From Paramoeba atlantica (taxonomy: Eukaryota > Protista > Discosea): 64,000 nt of DNA. The position numbers and the translations under genes were made by a program. Below, one piece after another: positions 59,001 to 64,000 of the stretch (position 1 is its first letter; the number at the start of each line of letters is the position of its first letter). The stretch covers positions 1 to 64,000 of the forward strand of contig CDRNVI010000142.1 in assembly GCA_977017575.1 (NCBI GenBank), given 5' to 3'. The notes under the pieces are model-generated. The model saw nothing but the letters and a program-made list of their open reading frames with translations, ran no database searches and was not told where the DNA came from.

Positions 59001-62000
59001 TTCTTCATCAAGAATCCAAAGTAAAGTATCTTCTCGTCGACTAAAGATTTGGCAACCATATCGAGTTTGGACTTGAGCAAGACATTCTTCTTTTGTCTGT
59101 GCAGGTTCCACCCACGCCCAAAAGATAAATGGATCAGTGAATGGTACACAATCAACAGAATTCTCAATAATTGGTGACATACAACCAACTCCAGTTCTTT
59201 TAAATGGAGATGGACAAAAAGGATTTGCATTGGAAATATATTCTCCTGAGCTCATGCAAGTACCATACTAAAAAAAGAAGAGGGTTTTCTTAAAAAAATG
59301 AAAAAAAAAAAGAAATTCATTTGTCAAACCTGAACATCAACAGGATACTCCTCTGATCGAACAATAGTTGTCCAAATACGATCAGAACAAGACCCAGATT
59401 GTTCGCATTCCTCTTGAGTACCACAAACATGCCAGCGACTCACATAACATCCAAGATATCTTTGAGGAAAAGGTTCTCCTGAACATTCTCCCACCTCATT
59501 TTGTTGACAAGTTGCCCAAACACTTCTTGAAGGAAACTGTTGTTTGTTTTGGATCAGAAAAGTGAAATCAGAAAGAAAGATCAGAAAAGTGAAAAAAAGA
59601 AAACAAAAAGTGAAAAACAAAAAAAAAACTCCCAACAAAACAGAAACAAAAAAAGAAAAACAAGAGAGAAGAGAAAGAGAAATGAGAACCAGAGAACAAG
59701 AATCTGAAGAAGAAACACCATCAAGAACACACAAATTCCCTTGATACCACTCTGTTACAACTGAATTGTCTGAACCATACAATTCACAAGATTCCAAAGA
59801 GTCAACATCAGATGCATAACAAACTCCTTCAATATTTGTGATGGATTCACAACTTTCTCCAAAACAATCTGTTGTACATTGCGCAGCCATTGCTCTATTA
59901 TTCAAAATTATTCTTTCTCAAAGGAGAGTTGTTTGTTGTCTTTCTGAAAAAGAATGTGGTTGTGAATGTGGTTGTGATTTGGAGTAGTTTGTTTTATTTT
60001 CAAACCTGCACTCAGATTCTGTCAGAGTGAAATCAATAGAACCATCAGGAAGTTCACAAGCAATTGCTGATTCACAAGAAGCTTCATCTACAATCCCAGG
60101 AACTTCCATACACGGTAAATCTCCATTTGGTGGACAATACAAACAAAAAGATCCTAAACACAAATGAGAAAAAAAAAACCATCACCAAGAGAATTCATCA
60201 AAAAACAAAAACAATCCAAAAAAACCAGTGCATTCTGACGAATCTTCTGCAACACATTTTGGTTCATCTGGACAAAGTTCTTCTGTTGCCTCAATGTACT
60301 TGAACATTGGTCCACAAAAATCATGACAACCAGTGGAATTCTGAAAAAATCAATCAAAAAATGGAAGGAGGAAAAAAGGAGGAAAAAAGGAGGAAAAAAG
60401 GAGGAAAAAAGGAGGAAAAAAGGAGGAAAAAAGGGGGGGAAAAGAGAAACCATTTGACAAAAAGTACCCAAACAAAAATTGGATGGGCAAAATGCAAAAG
60501 CAAGGTCAGTTTCTTGAGGATAATGGAAACCCAATCGTTCTGTGAAGCATCCAAGATCAGAAGCTTCATATTGATATCGAGTTCGATGTGAAATATCAAG
60601 AGGATTTTCTGGATTCACACAGTCTCTGATTGTTGCTGCTTTTTTAAGTGCTTGGAAAAATTCTGGTGATGTTTTCGAATAGTTGGCAACACTTGATGGC
60701 AACACACTTCTCCTACAAAAAAAAATAATTATTTTCTCTTTTGTTGAATTTTGAGAGAAGACCAAAGAAATAAAAAACACAAACTTTAAGAATGATTCTT
60801 CAGATGAAGACATTTTGAGAATGTAACAGGAGAGAAATTGGTCTTCAAACTGTCCCAAGATTGTAAATCAACATTTTCATTCAAAAAAAAAAGAAAGAGA
60901 AAGAAAGGAGAAAAAAGAAAGAGAGGAATGAAGAAAAAAGAGCAATCAAACAAAGAAAGGAAAAAGAAAGAGAAAAAGAAAAAGAAAATGAGAAGAAACC
61001 TGTTGCAAAGGAGGTAAAACACAACGATTTTGATAACAAATCCCAAGAAACTGATCACATTCTGAATTTTCTTGACATCTAAATCCCAAATAGTCTCCTT
61101 TCAAATTTTAAAAAGTTTAGTTCAAGAAAAGAAAAGAATAGAGAAAACTAACAAAGAATAGATAATAGATAAGAAGAATAAGTAAAAATAGATAACCTCC
61201 AAAACCAACTTCAATCAAACAATCAATAAACTGATTTTGAATAATATCCACCAAAAAAAGAGAGAGTGCACTCTCATAATTCTATCAGAAATATGTTATT
61301 ATCATTATTCACAACAATAAGTAAAAAAAACTTGAAACTTTAAAGAAATCAAAAATAGAAAAAAATCAAACATCAATTCCAGAAGTACATCCAAGAATTG
61401 GATCATCCACATAATTCAAAGAAAAAGAAAGTTCTTCATAAAAAGATTCTGCACATTCTGGAATTTCACATTCGCTCACAACCGCTTCGTCTGTGTACAA
61501 ATCCAAAGTTGTATTGTATGAAAAGGGTAAACAACATGAAACAAACTATGAAACAAACTATGAATAAATTATCCCTTTTCAAAAAGAAAGACAAAGAGAA
61601 AACTGTTAAATATGGGTTGCAACAAGGATCTGCAGCCCATTCAAGAGTCCCAGTTGTCTCCAAACAAGTTGTTTGATCGTCCAAATCGACAAAAGTTTCC
61701 ACTGAATCCAGATTATAAGCAACTGAATAAATTTAAAAATTAGTCACACATTTTTTCAAATGAAATCCTGTTTCCACTGAATCCTTTAAGTACAGTAGAG
61801 AGGGTGCAAAAGGACCAATACACTACTTCACAACACAAAAGAAGTCTCTTTGAGGGATGTTAATGAAAGAATGAAAAAGAAGAGAGAACACCTTCTGTTG
61901 TACAAGTTGTTGCCAAAATTGCTGCATCCATGATATCCAATGTGTACTATGATTTTAAATCCATTAATTGAATGAAAAGAAAAGAAAATAGAAAATAGAA

Positions 62001-64000
62001 AATAGAAAAATCACCCTCAACAAAAACTAAATCAACACACAGAGAGATAGAAAACAAGAAACAGATCAATGATAATATTACCTTGATAAATTGAGTTCCA
62101 AGAAGAGTTGTTTGCTCCGGAACAGCTAAAAGTTGCTCACTCACAAGTTCTTGATAAATGGTGTATTTGTCCCTTGTTGTGGGTTTTGATGTTAGAAAAG
62201 TTATCTTCTTTTTCAAAATATGATCTCTTTCTTCTTTTTCCTTCCTTCTCAACAACACAAACAAAAAATAATAAAAAAAAAAAATAATACTGGTCACATT
62301 CTGGAAATACAAAATTGGGAATGGAGGAAATTGCAATATGGGGAAGAAAAGCAGACACTCTGTTTTTGATGGTTTCAGGAACTGAGTCATGTCCATTATT
62401 TGGAAGTGCTAATGGTTCTCCAAATTCATTTGTAATTGATGTCACCATCACTGACACCTATCATCATTGTCAAAAAAAAAAAAACACAAAGAACTCAAAA
62501 AAAAAGATTGAGAACAGTTCTCTCTCCCCTTCTAAATCAAAAAAACAAATTCTCAAAATTATTCTTGTCTTTGTGGAGATGAACTAACCTGATCTAAATC
62601 TAATGAAAGGGGACTCAAATTCGCAATAGTCAATCCAATCACAGCAACAAGTGTATTTTCTTCAATTGTTGAAAGACCACTGTCCAAATACATTTGTTGA
62701 AGATCCATGGTTGTCTCATAAAAGTAAAGTAAAGGTGAAGGAGGGAACAAATAAAGAGGGTCTGTCGATGGAGTAATAACCCAGTCAAAGCACTGGGTGT
62801 AGGAGTCAAGACAAGCAAAATGTTGTTCTTCAAAGGTTACTCCAGTAACAGACTGTAACCCATCTTGATATGTCAAACTTGCATGTGGGAACTCTGTTAA
62901 TTTGAGACGAACAGTCTAGAGGATGAAACAAAAGAAAAATATCAATAACTTTTTTTTGAAACATTGACATCTGAGAAAAGTTGTATTCATACGAAAGAAA
63001 AAAAAAATATTACAGACCTCTGACACTGTTGAAAATGCCACCTGCCATTTCCCTTCTTTTTCAAATGCTCGGGTTCCACATACAATATATGTGACTTCAT
63101 CTTCAAAACAAGCACTGAACACGATCCCTTCATTTCTATTTTGGTAGATCTTTCCAATCACTGAATTTCCGAAAGCTGGAAAAAAGTTCAAAAACTCATT
63201 TTCTCTTCTTCAACAGAAATGAAATTTAAACAACAAATAATCAAAACAAAACATCCAGCTGGATTTTAACAAAATAAAAAGGCATTCCAACAAATCAAAA
63301 GTGGAATTCTTACATGCAGAAATCCCAATTTGAGTTGGAAGACAGTACAAATCAGTATTTGGATCTGACCCAAATCCAGTCAGACCAAGAGAATAAGTAT
63401 GACATCCTTGTGGGACTGCTGTAAGTAACTGAACCAACCCTGTCCTACAAATTTTTTTTTGGGGGGGGGAATCGATTAAAAATTTAATTTAATTCATTTT
63501 AAAATTCTAAATAAAATTAAATCAATTTTTTAAAAATAAAATCAATTAATTGAAATTAATGAAATTAAATAAAACAAAAAAAGAAAAAAAAGAGAGAAAA
63601 AACAAACACTGGATTCAAATCATCAAAGGTAAAGATGCGAGAAACACCATCCTCCAAACAAAGGACAGGATCACCCCCCAATCCTGCATACTCATACTCT
63701 ACATCTGGAATGTCATCACATGAAATCCTCACAGGTGGAGCTGGAAGTGGATATGTCTGTGTTTTTTGGGGAATTGAGAAAGAAAAAAGAATGAGTTTTA
63801 TGTTGTTACATTTACACTTTTGATCTCAAGACTGACAAATGTAAAGAGATGAAACTCACAAAACAACAAAATGAAAGCAAGAAAATAAACTTGGGATGAA
63901 GCATGAATATCGATCACAAAAGAAGTTGATTGAGGTGCAAAAACTGAACCAGCATAAGTTCCAACATTGTATTCAGGATGAACAATTGGGCAAATTTGAA
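56033..64000 (-). CDS. Multi-exon host gene (5' end beyond the window): large Cys-rich ectodomain plus a multi-pass, probably 7-TM, C-terminus
   Basis: More than 20 short coding exons between pyrimidine-rich introns (e.g. CPPNGDLPCMEVPGIVDEASCESAIAC; WAWVEPAQTKEECLAQ). TM exons include IFIVLCIFRAVFMFLYP, YFVVFEIPTFLLFS and SIIIGVTIGLGGIFFYY. TAA stop at 56033. Exon borders were not individually resolved. Confidence 0.85.

Overview
Left end of a eukaryotic chromosome. It starts with about 550 bp of (CCCTAAA)n, i.e. TTTAGGG telomere. About 55 kb of AT-rich subtelomere follows, built from purine-microsatellite mosaics, satellites and mobile elements. These are: an intact L1-like LINE with APE, RT, zinc finger and C-terminal RNase H (33596-40189, 16-bp TSD); a chromovirus (47738-53742, 5-bp TSD) interrupted by a tRNA-like SINE with a 15-bp TSD; decayed copia, tyrosine-recombinase, P-like, IS630/Tc1 and CRE-like (restriction-like endonuclease) remnants; a MITE; and a pseudogenised candidate TET/JBP-like dioxygenase. 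The first host gene (56033 to the window end, minus strand) is intron-rich and encodes a Cys-rich ectodomain plus a multi-TM C-terminus. The most notable patterns are three. (1) A 1094-bp block is duplicated at the telomere and at 45.5 kb; each copy ends in CCCTAAACCCTAAT, and the internal copy is followed by a CRE-like fragment, which suggests telomere-repeat-targeted retrotransposition and repeated telomere healing. (2) Repeats show strongly one-directional C>T/G>A decay, including six in-frame TGA stops, probably from CGA, in the chromovirus. (3) The TET/JBP-like relic sits among these transposons. An amoebozoan-like protist is my inference only. All family assignments come from motif recognition by eye; no searches were run.
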